Assembly: GCA_026770705.1 (NCBI GenBank)
Contig: JANJGN010000007.1
Location: 69,192,001 to 69,256,000 of the forward strand
From: Isurus oxyrinchus
Taxonomy: Eukaryota
Reading direction: 5' to 3'
Length of the DNA stretch: 64,000 nt
In this document: one piece after another, positions 24,797 to 38,179 of the stretch
How the letters are laid out: the number at the start of each line of letters is the position of its first letter
Numbering within the stretch: position 1 is the stretch's first letter
Notes under the pieces: model-generated
The model's database searches: none
The model's input: only the letters and a program-made list of their open reading frames with translations
Told to the model about the DNA's origin: nothing
Program-made: the position numbers and the translations under genes

Positions 24797-24949
24797 GACA
24801 ATCTGGCATGTGGATGACAATCCAACTCAATTTGAATGTGTGTGCAGCTAATTTTAGTCTGATGAAAAGATGGCTACAATGGATTTCCTTTTAGCCATAT
24901 GATAGGACTGCACATCCCTTTGTCTTTATATGGAATTCATTCAACTATT

Positions 24950-25380
24950 AGATTGGCTCAAAGATAGCACCCTTTCCTCTGAAGCAATGGTTATGGATTT
25001 ATACCCTACTCTATAACTTGACTAGATAATCTAAGTTGGCACTTCTGTGTGATAGCGTGTGCGTAGGGTTTTGTTAGAGGTGGGCTATTTTACATGAGAT
25101 GTTAAATAGAGATCTATCTGCCAGTTCAGGTGTGTGGAAATTATCCCATGCCACTATTTGAAGGTGATCAAGAAGTTCTGCTGGTGTCCTTGCCAACATT
25201 TATCCCTCAACCAACAAAGACAGAATCTGATCATTTGCTATTTAAGGGACCTGGCTGTGCATGTGCTGGGTGCCATATTTTCCTACAAAATGGTGATTAG
25301 CCTTAGAAGAAACTTATTGGCTGTGAAACACTTTGGGACATCTTGAGGATGTTAAAGGTACTATATAAATACACTGTCTC
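24950..25380 (+). mobile_element. degenerate DeuSINE (SacSINE1-like) between the two stop codons
   Basis: Similar to 44295-44735: tggctcaaagatagcac head, gagatgttaaa core, aaggtactatataaatac tail. Confidence 0.6.
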
Positions 25381-25522
25381 CCTTGTCTTTATAAACCTGC
25401 AAATTTCAAACATGTTAATCTTTCTGACTGTAGTTGACCCATCCTTCTGTTTGCCTTAATGTCCTATTTTGGTTGAGTGTATCAGATCAGCATAAATGTT
25501 CAAAATCCAGATTAAATTACAG

Positions 25523-25528
25523 AATAAA
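25523..25528 (+). promoter_or_regulatory. candidate polyadenylation signal of the APEH-like gene
   Basis: AATAAA on the + strand about 730 nt downstream of the stop codon. Confidence 0.35.
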
Positions 25529-25804
25529 AATTCCCTTTCTAACTGATTGCACTGGAAGTGCTCCTGTAGTGTAGTAAAGGGTGGTTTTCCAAAACTTAAT
25601 ATTTTGTGCATTGTTGGGGTTGAATCAGTGGAATCATTAACCTGTATTATAACTGATGACTGTACCAAAAGTTCAAACTCATTGGAAAGAGTTTGTTTCC
25701 TACAGTTGATGCCTGACCTTAAGTACAAAGTTTATTTTTTCAAAGTATCATGTTGTTCCTTGCGCATGGATGACATAAATGTAGAAGTGAAGGTAAGATC
25801 ATAT

Positions 25805-25810
25805 TTTATT
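25805..25810 (-). promoter_or_regulatory. candidate polyadenylation signal of the CAPZA-like gene
   Basis: AATAAA on the - strand about 60 nt past the stop. A second copy lies at 25731-25736. Confidence 0.45.
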
Positions 25811-25868
25811 TCTGTTCATGCACTTCAATTTTGCATTATAATGACTGTAATGTTATGAGTCAAAGATA

Positions 25869-26048
25869 TCAATGAAAATTTGGACATTCAGGTTTAGAAT
25901 CTTGCATTGCCTGTGCCAGGTCCATCTCTCTGACAATCTTGGCATTGATGATCTTGTTCCAGTCAATTGTTGTGTGTGTAAATGGCAGCTGGCGCCGAAG
26001 ACCCTTGAGCAGAGAATCCAGCTTTTGATAATTCTCCATTAGGCCAAG
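25869..26048 (-). CDS. CAPZA-like last exon
   Basis: cag acceptor. Encodes LGLMENYQKLDSLLKGLRRQLPFTHTTIDWNKIINAKIVREMDLAQAMQDSKPECPNFH*, with the LRRQLP..IDWNK signature. Confidence 0.93.
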   Translation of the reverse strand, partial: LGLMENYQKLDSLLKGLRRQLPFTHTTIDWNKIINAKIVREMDLAQAMQDSKPECPNFH

Positions 26049-27439
26049 CTGGAGGGAGACAGAGAATGAGAGGATATTCTTTTGCTGCTCAATAGAAAAG
26101 ATTGCACTTTTATCATTGCAAAGTTTCAAGCTTTCAGCCAATTACAATGATTTTCAGTTATAATAAAAGAAACAAAGCTTCGCCTGAATATTGGAAGCCT
26201 TACAGTTTTATTTATTGAAATGCTAATGTCCCTCTTGGTGTCATTTGGAGTTTTGGATCTGTGAAGAGGAGCTGAAGATATCAAATATATGTGAATAAAC
26301 AATTCCTCTTTTTGACAAAATTATTACTTTTAAAGTTTTTTAGGCTTCTGCCTTCGTGAAGCAAAGCACTCTGGTGTTGGGCTGGAAATGATTTGTGCAT
26401 CATCAGTGGGATGATTCTACATGCAAATTATATAATCGCTTCATTCTGCACAATTTATATCACTGTGTCCTACCTTTGTGAGCAAATGAAGAAAGTCTTT
26501 GTAATAAAACAGTGACCTCTTTAAAAATGTGATCTTAAAATCTAGTCTTTAGGAGGGTATGTGCCAGTAAATAACAAAGGAGCCAAGTCTAATAAGTTAG
26601 CTTGAACTGTTCATCACCTGGACAATGCTGACTGGCTAAAATATTTGTTTAAAAAGGAAAATCTAGAAATGTGGAAATAAAACAAAGAACAGATTCGTAA
26701 AGGTACACACCTGCAACATGGTCACCTGCCTTTTCTTTTTGCAAATGCTATGTAGTTCCAGAAATTTGTGTTTTTAATACCAATTAGTTAGCTGACTCAA
26801 ATTTGACAGACAGCCATCCGGAACTACTTAATCAGATATGATGACTTCAAGTCCTTCTCAGAATGTGGGCGTCACCAGAAAGGCTCACTTTTTTTTTTGT
26901 TCATTCCTAGTTGTCCTTGAGAAGCTGTTGGTGGCCCATCTTGAACAGCTGGAGTCTATGTGGGGAAGGTACTTGTATGGTGCTGTTAAATAGAGAGTTC
27001 CAGCATTTTGACCCGATGATGATGCAAGAATGGCAATATATATCCAAGTCAGGATGGATTGAGACTTGAAGGTGAATAAGTGTATTTATGAGAGGCCCAG
27101 TAGCTTCAGTTGTGATGCCCTGTTCATTGAATCCTTAGAACACAGTTGAGCTCATACACGGAGAAGGCATGTAGGTGGAAGCCAGAGCTGTATTCTGAGA
27201 GACTTGGAGAAAGTGGGTTGGGGGGGGTGGTGGGGGGGTTGTGGTGGTGGAGAAATACTGTTGTCTTGCAGCTGAACTGATTTATTTTCTCTGATAGAAG
27301 AAAGCAATATTGCATAGGCAACAAGAGGATTTTGGTCCTTGCAGATTTTTAGATGCAGCAAAACACAAATTCTACTCTTGAATGTATATTAGAATTACAG
27401 CATAGGCATTCTACGTGACTGAGTTTTTATTAAAATAGT

Positions 27440-30170
27440 TTTTATTTATTCACGGGATGTGGGCTTCACTGGCTGGACCAGCATTTATTGCCCATCCCCA
27501 GTTGCCCTTGAGAAGGTAGTGAACTGTCTTCTTGAACCGCTGCAGTCCATGTGGTATAGGTACACCCACAGTGCTGTTTGGAAGGGAATTCCAGGATTTT
27601 GACCCAGTGACAGTGAAGGAATGACGATATATTTCCAAGTCAGGATGGTGAGTGACTTGGAGGGGAACTGGCAGGTGGTGGTGTTTCCATCTATCCGCTG
27701 CCCTTATCCTTCTAGATGGTAGTGGTTGTGGGTTTGGAAAATGCTGTTGAAGGAGCCATGGTGAATTTCTGCACTGCATCTTGTAGATAGTACACACTGC
27801 AGCTACTGTGTGTCGGTGGCAGAGGGAGTGAATGTTTGTAGATGTGTTGCCAATCAAGCGGTCTGCTTTGTCCCAGATGGTGTCAAGCTTCTTGAGCATT
27901 GTGGGAGCTGCACTCATCTAGGCAAGTGGGGATTACTCCATCACACCCCTGACTTACGCCTTGTAGATGGACAAGCTTTGGGGAGTCAGGAGGTGAATTA
28001 CTCATCACATGACTCCTAGCCTCTGACCTGCTCTTGTAGCCACAGTATTTGTATGGCTAGTCCAGTCCAGTTTCTGGTCAATGGGTAACCCCCAGAAATG
28101 GTGATAGTAGGGGATTCAGTTATAGTAATGTCGTTGAACATCAAGGGGTGCTGGCTGGATTCTCTCTTGTTGGAGATGGTCATTGTCTGACACTTCTGTG
28201 GTGTGAATGCTACAAGGTCCATTGTCCAGGTCTTGCTGCATTTGGGCATGGGCTACTTCAGTATCTGAGGAGTCATGAATGGTGTCAGACATTGTGCAAT
28301 CATCAGCAAACATCCGTACTTCTGACCCTATGATGGAAGGAAAGTCATTGATGAAGCAGTTGAAGATGATTGGGCCGAAGACACTACCCTGAGGAACTCC
28401 TGCATTGATGTCCTGGAGCTGAGATGACTGACTTCCAACAACAACAGCCATCTTCCTTTGTTCTAGGTATGATTCCAACCAGTGGAGAGTTTTCCCCCTG
28501 ATTCCCATTGACCCCAGTTTTGCTCGGGCTCCTTGATGCCACACTCGGGCAAATACGGCTTTGATGTCAAGGACAGTCACACTCACCTCACCTCAGGAGT
28601 TCAGCTCTTTTGTCCATGTTTGAAGCAAGGCTGTAATGAGGTCAGGAGCTGAGAGACCCTGGCAGAACCCAAACATGGGCATCAGTGAGCAGGCTATTGT
28701 TAAGCAAGTGCTGCTTGATAGCATTGTTGATGACCTCTTTTATTACTTTACAGATGATTGAGAGTAGACTAAACAGGCGGAAATTGGCTGGGTTGGATTT
28801 GGCCTTATTTTGTGGACAGGACATAGCTGGGTAATTTTCCACATAGCCAGGTAGATGCCAGTATTGTAGCTGTACTGGAAGAGCTTGGCTAGAGGTGCGG
28901 CAAGTTCTGGAGCACAAGTTTTCAATCCAATATTGTCAAAGTCCATAGCCTTTGCAACATCCAGTGCCTTCAGCCATTTCTTGATATCACGTGGAGTGAA
29001 TTTATTGGGTGTATTTCAGATCAAGATAGATAGGTTCTTCATTGGTAAGGGGATCAAAAGTTACGGGGAGAAGGTGGGAGAATGGGGTTGAGAAACTTCT
29101 CAGCCATGATTGAATGGCGGAGCAGACTCGATGGGTGGAATGGCCTAATTTCTGCTCCTATGTCTTATGGTCTTATGGCTGAAGACTGGCATCTGTGATG
29201 CTGGGGACCTCCGGAGATGGCCGAGATGTATCATCCCTTGGCACATCTGGCTGAAGATTGTAGGAAAGTCTTATCTTTTACACTCATGTGCTTGGCTCTT
29301 CCATCATTGAGGATGCGATATTTGTGGAGCTTCCTCCTCCAGTGAGTTGTTTAATTGTCCATCACCATTCATGACGAGATGTGGCAGGACTGCAGAACTT
29401 AGATCTGAGCTGTTGGCTGTGGGATCACTTTGCCCTGTCGATCACTTGCTGCTTATGCTGTTTGCCACGCAAGTAGTTCTGTTTTATAGCTTCACCAGGT
29501 TGCCACCTCATTTTTAGGTATGCCTGTTGCTGCTCCTGACATACCCTTCTGCATTCTTCATTGAACCAGGGTTGATCCCCTGGCTTGATGGTAATGGTAG
29601 ACTGGGGGATGTGCCGGGCCATTAGGTTACAAATTGTGTTCAACTCTGCTGCTGCTGCTGATGGCCCACAGCGCCTCATGGATGCCCAGTCTTGGGTTGA
29701 GTTGTTTGAAATCTATCCCATTTAGCACGGTGGTATTGCCACACAACAAAATGGAAAGTATCGTCACTGTGAAGGTGGGATTTTGTCTCCATGATGGCTA
29801 TGCGGTGGTCACTCCTATCAATACTGTCATGGGCAGATGCATCAGTGGCAGACAGGTTGGTGAGGATGAGGTCAAGTATGGTTTTTCCTTATTGCTTCCC
29901 TCACTACCTGCCGCAGACACACTCTAGCAGCTATGTCCTTTAGGACTCAACCAGCTCAGTGAGTAGAGGTGCTACCGAAGCACTCCTGGTTATGGACATT
30001 AAAATCCCCAACCCAGAGTACATTCTGCACCCTTGCCACCCTCAGTGCCTTCTCCAAGTAGTGATCAACATGGAGGAGTACAGATTCATCAGCTAAGGGA
30101 GCGCAGTATGCGGTAATCAGCAGGAGGTTTCTTTGCACATGTTTGACCTGATGCCATGAGACTTATCCAA
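27440..30170 (-). mobile_element. HER1-like (CR1-clade) LINE with endonuclease and RT remnants, and a nested CR1 3' tail at ~29003-29175 (+)
   Basis: LWVGDFNVH, DQPWFNEEC, LDIKAVFARVWH, GVPQGSVFGP, MFADD. The 3' tail is shared with the HE1-like SINE. Confidence 0.88.
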
Positions 30171-30784
30171 CAATTTCTTACCTAGTAGAGACTGTAATCC
30201 TAGCTCTAAACAGGCTGGCGGACTGCAGCATTTTATTAACATCACTATTGAAAGTCTTTTCACTCAGTTGGCAGTTAGCCTATGTTATAAATGTTAAATG
30301 TCTAAAACTACAAAAAAAAAGCTGCAGTGCAAAAGAGGTGGGTTGATGGCAGGGTCTGTAGAGAGGTGCATGGCAGAACACACAATTTTCAATGTATTAT
30401 TAACCCTAAGTGCCATGTAAAAACATGGTTCAAATCATACTCTTTAAGCATACTTTAAGCATATGACTAACTGTACTGAAAAAGAAAGGATCATTAAAGC
30501 ATAAATTCTAATAATGATGTATTGATAAAGATTGCCTCTATGTGCTTTTGTCACCAATAAAATGAGAGAGATGGGATGGGCAATAATTCTGTCACCTTAT
30601 TTCCTAATTACCCTCTTTCTTGATTCCATTCATCTGGGTAAAATGATGTTAACACCAGTATGAGTGCCATTAAGAAAGCTCTTTTACTTGGTGAATGTCA
30701 TATAACATAATAAACAGGTCACCAATGCATCTGAAGATCAGTTTTTGTAAATCAATATTTTGAAGGCCAAGATAAGATATGCTT

Positions 30785-30923
30785 CAAGTTCTGTCGAAGG
30801 GTCATGAGGACTTGAAACGTCAACTCTTTTCTTCTCCGCTGATGCTGCCGGACCTGCTGAGTTTTTCCAGGTAATTCTGTTTTTGTTTTGGATTTCCAGC
30901 ATCTGCAGTTTTTTTGTTTTTAT
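30785..30923 (+). mobile_element. Penelope 3' tail insertion
   Basis: Near-identical to 12755-12894. 13-bp TSD ataagatatgctt at 30772-30784 and 30924-30936. Confidence 0.9.
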
Positions 30924-30976
30924 ATAAGATATGCTTTGTTTTTTAAATGTGGCTTGACCACGGACCACCTAAATAT

Positions 30977-31093
30977 TGGCCGGAATTTTATGGCTCCGTT
31001 GTGGCTGGGACAGGGCTGAAAAATGCGAGAGCCATCCTGAACTCTATTAGCTTCGGTGGGAATATTAAATCCTACTGCTGTAAAATTCCACCC
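30977..31093. mobile_element. small Harbinger-type MITE
   Basis: Termini ggccggaatttta / taaaattccaccc. Related short elements with an aaagtccattgactttcgg core at ~40008-40099 and ~53559-53682. Confidence 0.55.
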
Positions 31094-31135
31094 ATTACGT
31101 GTGTATTAAATATACAAACACCAGCCATGAGCTAC

Positions 31136-31198
31136 CTGGAATTCAGTGTCAGCATTTTCAACCATTTTCACAAACTCTGCAGCTCCTTCGCATTCATT
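31136..31198 (-). CDS. CAPZA-like exon 9
   Basis: cag/GTAGCT, 63 nt. Encodes NECEGAAEFVKMVENADTEFQ (CAPZA1 [21 protein letters not shown]). Confidence 0.9.
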
Positions 31199-32150
31199 CT
31201 GGTGGAAGAAAGAAAAGTTAAAGATGGAAATTTAAGACAACTAGGCAACCTCCTATGGCATTGCACAGCGAGTGAGAGAATGTGAGCACACTCGTACCTG
31301 TCAGCTGTCTTTGTCTTCTGCTTCTGTCTCTTTTTTTTCTCTTTGCTGCTTCTCTCCCCTTACCTTTTTTTTTTAGTTTGCTCCTTTTGTTTGGAAGGTG
31401 ATAGATGATGTGCTATGGCGTGGCGGGATAAGGTACAACCAATAATTGCATTTGGGGTGGCGGTTGTAGGAAAAATGGGAGTCTTATATGGATCCCTTTC
31501 CATCTTCCCATGATCAGTTGTAGTTCTTCCACCTGGTACAACTCACCCCAACCACCCCCCACCCCTGTCATTTTCTCAAAGTACTTTTATTTACATAATT
31601 AACTGTTTACAAGATTCCAGAACATTAGGACAGAGCTGCTGCGCCGCTCCTAGATTCTGCTCACTCTTCTCTCTCAGACATATTATTATGACCTATCTCC
31701 TTATGCACATGCTCCGTGGCCATTATTAGAGGAGTGTTAACATTTTACTCTACACTACCTTCACATCCACCCCACTCCCACCCACGTCCCACTTTCAAAC
31801 TGTTTCTAGTGATTGAGGGTATGTTGATCTAAAATTAAATATAAGAGTTTTAGGTTTTTCTTAGTGTCATGAGCCTGTGAAATGCACTGCCAGTGTTCGC
31901 AAAGCAGCGACCACATCAATTAACACATTAGATAGGTGGTTCAAGGAAAAGTGAATAAAAGGATATGAGAACAAAGGGCACATATAGGATTAGGATTGCT
32001 GCTTGTGTGCAGAATAGTCTGGAAACTCTGATTATTCAGAGGTTCTGCTGTATGAGATAGGGTTTATAACTAGTTATATCACAGCATATCCTTCACTGAT
32101 GTGTAAAATTACATGTACACACTCTTAAGTGTAATGCACACTTTCCTTAC

Positions 32151-32222
32151 CTTTCGAGAAAGATTCTGTTTCAGATCAACATTACTGGTCAAACTGATGC
32201 TACCCTCCTCAAAGTAATGAGC
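32151..32222 (-). CDS. CAPZA-like exon 8
   Basis: cag/GTAAGG, 72 nt. Encodes AHYFEEGSISLTSNVDLKQNLSRK. Confidence 0.9.
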
Positions 32223-32819
32223 CTGAGGGAGGAAAAGTTAGAAAGAAAACTGAAAAACTTAATCTGTTTATAAGAGTAAACTTTTCCATTTCCTCTCTTT
32301 CTCTACCAATATTCCTTACGAGTTAACTTCACCAAGAGAGCAGTTGGGAAAACTGTTCTCCACATTCTGATCGATGTTAACAGTCAAGCTGCTGGCACAA
32401 AGCAAACAAGAGTGGGCTGAGTGTGACTTATCCATTGTTACAGCCATTCCCCTTGTGAGGAATTCAACACCACTTGTGTAGTGAGGCAAGGATCTGGAAC
32501 TCAGTGAACTGGGAACTGACCCTACATTCCTGCAACGTCACATTGAATTGCCACCGAGAAAATTATTTTCTCCAAATTCTCTCCCATGAGATAATGTTAT
32601 GTTAATTAAAACTGAAACAAAGAGTGATATAAAAGTTAGGTTGGGACAATTGAGGGGCAGAGAAACATTACTTTCCAAGCATCATCCACAAGATGGATAT
32701 TGGTAAAGGGAGAGCTGGAGAATCTTTTAAATCCATGATTTTGTTTTGATGAAATGGCAGTCTATCTTTCTGTATCATGATTTGTTGCTCAAGATGTATA
32801 ATCAACAGTACTGAATGAG

Positions 32820-35260
32820 TTGACCCAAGTGGATCAAATAACAGTGGGAGAGCATTTAGGGGACAGTGACCATTGTATCATTGGGGTTTAGGTTGGTCAT
32901 GGAGAAGGACAAGGAGCAATCCAGAGCAGGGATAATTAATTGGGGGAAAGCAAACTTTGATGGAATGAGAATGCGCATGAGTCAAGTGAGTAGAATCAAA
33001 TGTTGGCAGAAAAGATGCTGGCTGAACAATGGGCTACCTTCAAAGACGTAATATTACAAACAATGTCAAGGTATATTCCCTTGAAAGGGAAAGGTAGGAC
33101 AATTAAATCTACAACACCCTGGATGATGAGAGAGAGATAGAGGTGGATGAAAAGGAAGGAGTACGTGTGTGACAGATGTCTGGTTGAAAATACAATGGAG
33201 AATCAGGCTGCATATAGAAGGATCAGAGGGGAAATCAAAAAACTAATCAGAAAAGCAATGAGGGAGCATGAAAAGAGACTAGCAGCTATCATAAAAGGGA
33301 ATCCCACGATCTTTTATAAGCATATAAATAATGAAAGGGTGGTAAAAGAAAGGGTAGGGCCAATTAGGGATAAAAGAGGAGACTTGCATTTGGAGGCAGG
33401 AGAAGTAGCAGAGGTATTAAATGAGTACTTTGCATCTGTCTTTACAAAGGAAGGGGATGAGAGAGGAGGTAACTGGTACACTCGAGGAATTTATAATTAA
33501 GGAGGAGGTATTAGAAAGGCTATCTTTACTTAAAGTTGATAAGGTACCAGAACTGGATGAGATGCATCTGAGGATACTGAGGGAGGTGAGATGGAAATTT
33601 CAGAGGGACTGGTGATAATCTTCCAGTCTTTCTTAGACACAAGGGTGCTGCTGGAGGACTGGAGAATTGTGAATGTTATACGCTTGTTCAGAAAGGGGTG
33701 CAAGGATAATGCCAGCAACTACAGACCAGTTAGTTTGACTTCAATTGTAGGGAAACTTCTAGAAACTATAGTTCGGGACAAAATCAATCGTCAAGTGACA
33801 GGTGTGAGATATTTATGGAAAGCCACCATGGATTCATTATGGGGAAATCATGTTTAACTAACTTGCTGGAACTTTTTGAGGTAACAGAGAAGGTTGATAA
33901 AGGCAATGCTGTTGATGTGTATATGGATTTTCAAAAGGCATTTGATACAGTGCCACACAACAGACTTGTGAACAAAATTCTAGCTCATGGAATTAAGGGG
34001 AAAATAGGCACTTGGATAAGAAATTGGCTGAATGACAGGAAACAGTAGTGATAAATGGTTGTTTTTCAGCTTGGAGAAGGTTTGTGGTGAAGTTTCCCAG
34101 GGGTTAGTGTTGAGACTCTTGCTGCTCTTGATATATATTAATGACCTAGATTGTGGTGTGCATGCAGGATTTCAAAATTTGCTGATGATATGAAGATTGG
34201 AAGCAATGTCAATTGTGAGGAGGATAGTCTTGAATTTCAAAAGGACATAGACATATTAGTGGTTAAAGCAAAGTACAGTGGATGCTGAAAATCTAAAAGA
34301 AAAACAGAAAACATTGGAAAAGCGCAGCAAGTCTGACAGCACCTGTGGAAAGAAAAACAGTTGACATTTAGAGTCTGTTTGACCCTTCTTCAGATTGAAA
34401 AAGGGTGATATGGACATGTTGGTGGATTGGGCAGACAAATGGCAGATGAAGTTCAATGCAGAGAAGTGTGAGGTGATTCATTTTGGCAGGAAGTGTGTGG
34501 AGAGACAGTACAAAATGAAAGGAGTAACTCTCAAGGAGGTGCAAGAACAAATTGACCTTGGTGTATATGTATATAAGTCATTGAATGTGGCAGATCATGT
34601 TGAGAGAACAATTAATAAAGCATATAGTATCCTAGGCTTTATTAATAGGGGCATTGAGTACAAGGGTGAGCAGGTCATGTTAAACTTGTGTAAGACACCA
34701 GTTAGGCCTCATCTGGAGTACTGCGTCCAGTTCTGGGCTCCATACTTGAGGAAGGATGTGAAGGCATTGGAGAGAATACAGAGGAGATTCACAAGAATGA
34801 TCCAAGGATGAACAACTGTAGCTATGAGGATAGATTGGAGAGGTTGGGTCTGTTTTCCTTGGAGAAAAGAAGGCTGAAAGGAGACTTGTTAGAGGTGTTC
34901 AAGATCCTAAAGGGCATGGACAGGGTAAATAGCGAGAACCTGTTCCCACTCAAGAATACATCAAGAGCGAGAGGGAACAGATTCGAAATAATGGGCAAAA
35001 AGGAGTATAAGTGATGTGAGGAAAATTTTTTTCACCCAGAGGGTGGTTGGAGCTTGGAACGAACTTGCTGAAAGGGTGGTGGAGGCAGGGTTGATTGAGG
35101 TATTCAAAGGGGAATTGGATTGCTATCTGAAAAGGAAGAATGCACAAGGCTACGGGGACAAGATAGAGAGTGGGATTAGGTAGAACGCTCTTTCAGCGAG
35201 ACAGTGCAGACTCGATGGGCTGAATAGCCTCCTTCTGCACTGTCAAGATTCAGTGATTCT
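32820..35260 (+). mobile_element. CR1 LINE ORF2 remnant with a nested Penelope tail (~34264-34405, -)
   Basis: NYRPVSLTSIVGK, YMDFQKAFDTVPH, RPHLEYCVQFWAP, and 3' tail. Confidence 0.92.
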
Positions 35261-35289
35261 GTCTAATTTCCTTAGTTTAACCCATAGAG

Positions 35290-35490
35290 TTCAGGTATCT
35301 TTGTGGTAAATCCATGCTGTACTCCACTAATCACATCCTGCCAATTTGAGAATCTGCCCAAGATCACTACTTTCTGCCTCCAGCACAGACAATTTCCTAT
35401 CCAGATCAATAATGGGCCTTCAATTCCATGAGCTTCAACTTTAGCTAACATTCCCTTATGCGCAGCTGTATCAAATGGCTCTGAAAGTTT
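35290..35490 (-). mobile_element. small CR1 RT fragment
   Basis: PFDTAAHKGMLAKVEAHGIEG...VISGVQHG. Confidence 0.65.
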
Positions 35491-36709
35491 GAAAGACAAA
35501 AGAGCGATTAAAGATGTAGCTGCCCCCTTGCAATTTCACATAAAAAAGATAAGGAGTGTGAGCAGGCAGATAAGGGAATAGAATACGTGCAGAATAACTT
35601 GGACTTTGGACCCGTCTGGAAGCAGTGAAAAAGAAATAAGGAAAGACTCGTGAGGTCAGGTGGCAGAAGAAAACAAATCGATGGAAAGGACACAGAATCA
35701 AGTCTGCAATGTGTAAAAAAAAAAAAAATGACAACACATTGTGCTTTGTAAATCAGTACAGTGAGAGCATGCATGTGTCATATTCTCTCTGTATAGCTAC
35801 TCTGCCTATAAATTGTTTGCTGAAGTAGCTGAGGCATTGCACCTCTCAGCATTGACTATTTCTGATACTAAAGTAAAAAGAAAACATCCATCTTTTTAAC
35901 AACATAACCCCATCACCAACCCAAGTGCTCTCCATCAATAATTTCCTGCTGTAAGTGCGGAATCACAACATTTACCCAATATAATTTTTCTCCCCTTTAC
36001 TTCTGAAGGAAATTGATCTATTGAAAAGGCTAAATGCCTTTAGTCACAATGAGTGTTTTACAGAATTGAATTTGTTTGTACAAAACAAAAAATGATAGAA
36101 GAGATAGGTTAGATTTTGGTCTTTATCACCGAGATGGCGTTTGACATGGTGGAGGTTGGAGGGAGGGGGGTGGTGTTGTCAGATCTCTTGTTCTTTATTG
36201 ACCCAGCCCAGTTTTATTCTATTCCATGGTAAGAAAATCAGACAGGTTCAAGCAAGGGTATCCAATCTCCCCAACAGATTTCCAGCCAGATTGTGAAGAT
36301 AAAAATCTACCCCCATGATCTTGGGTTTGAAAGTACAGACTGGAATAGCTGTTGTAAGTGCAAGCAGGCTACTTAACTTGAGCAGTGAAGGCACAGCTAA
36401 AGATTAGTGAACAAACTCTTCCTGCCTCCACAATGTAGCGAATAAGCTAATCTAAGAATGATCATCTGAAACTTACAGCCAAATGTTTATTATTCTTATA
36501 TAGCATGCACTTCATTTAAATTCATTTTTACAGCTGTGCAATAGGGAATTGAATAGGGTAGTCAGTTAGCAGACAGTCAAGAGACCTGTGCTTAAATGCA
36601 GACACTCACATAAAACAGTTAATGTTATGTTACTTAAAAGAATTCTAAAGATAGCACATTAGAAATAAGTCTGAAGATCATAAGGTCGAACACAGATAAT
36701 GATGACTGC

Positions 36710-37605
36710 TGTTATGTTGCAGTAGATGATGTGTGCCAGGCGGATCAAATCTACAAGGGAAACTTGATCCCACTATCACAACGGTTTTTGCAATTTGTAT
36801 TTATTTTGAGATGCGTGCCCTGAATTCAGAAGTAATAAGTCCACCGAGACTTTAGAGATTTAAAAAAAAATTAAATTAAACATTTATTAGCAAAAGCACA
36901 TACAAAGATCTACAAATTACTAATATAATAACTCCTAAAACCCCGGATCAATCTGACTTCCAGTTACACCCCCCCCCCCCCCATGAAGGCGACAGGAAAA
37001 AAAAAGATTTTAACCAGATCCAGGCAAGCCAACACAATACAGTGGACAGTAGAATTCAAAGTGGCTTTTTCCAGCTTTGGTTTCTGTAGACGGCAGGCTT
37101 AATGCCAAATACTGGAGGCTTCTCACATTTCTGTTAGATCTTACAATGCCTTTCATAACACATGGCATTATTCTCCTTTATACATGTTTCTCCCTTTTAA
37201 TGTAAATTCCAGTGCTCTCATATGTCTTTGGAACTTTACCTTTCTCATAATATAAATCTTTTCATGGTGCTAAAATTGGCAGTAACCTTTGGGAAAAATA
37301 TACACACTGCTTGGCCTAGCTTTTCTGGCTAGGTGTAAACATCCTACCATCTCTTTGAAATTCAAATTGCCCTGATTTATCTAAAAATGCAAATTCTCCT
37401 CACCATACATTCTAAGACTTTAGCCACGATTACATATTTAGCATTTCAAACCTAGCTTCTTTTGATGAGTCAAAGCCTCCAGACTAGCTGTCTCCAATTC
37501 AATTAAATCCCAAGCGCACAGACAGAAACTATCCAAACCCCACTATTAACCTACTTTTACAATAAATCACAATAATGTTATGAGAATCATTATACTTTCA
37601 TGATA
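36710..37605. mobile_element. solo LTR (Gypsy-like)
   Basis: TGTTATG...CATGATA imperfect inverted ends, 4-bp TSD CTGC (36706-36709 and 37606-37609), 896 bp, non-coding. Confidence 0.65.
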
Positions 37606-38179
37606 CTGCAGTTTGGGACATTAGACTTCCATAATCTCGGGAACCAGAAAGGAAATAGTGAAGGCCTTTACAATATAAGATGTAAGGTTTATAGGTATCT
37701 GGAGTTTTGCTTTATTTACTTTAGCTTTGTGAACTATATCATAGGAAACTAAATAGGTTGGATAAAATCCACAATAGGCTGGTTTGTATACATTTTCTTG
37801 TCCACTGCTATTTGATGCCATTAAAAATAAATGAAAGAAAGACTTAAATTATTAGGTACTAACTCTAAAGGTTAGAGATTATTAATGTCAGCAGTAGCTT
37901 CTAAATTGTTGAAACTTACTGCCAGATAATTATTATTCTTTAATTGTAAAGTCTTTAGGTCATCTTTTTTAAAAAAAAATAGTCCTTGAGAGGGGAATAG
38001 GGTAGGATAGTGATTTAGCACAGATAATTAGGTCCTAGTTTTAAGTTCAGTTTATTAGCACTTAAGTAAAAGATCTCTCTGTAGTCTCTGTAGAAAATAA
38101 GTTTGGAGAAGCAACACGGTCCAAGTCAGCATGGCCTCCCAGTATAGACTGTGCACAGTTCAATCCCCATGATAATGTT

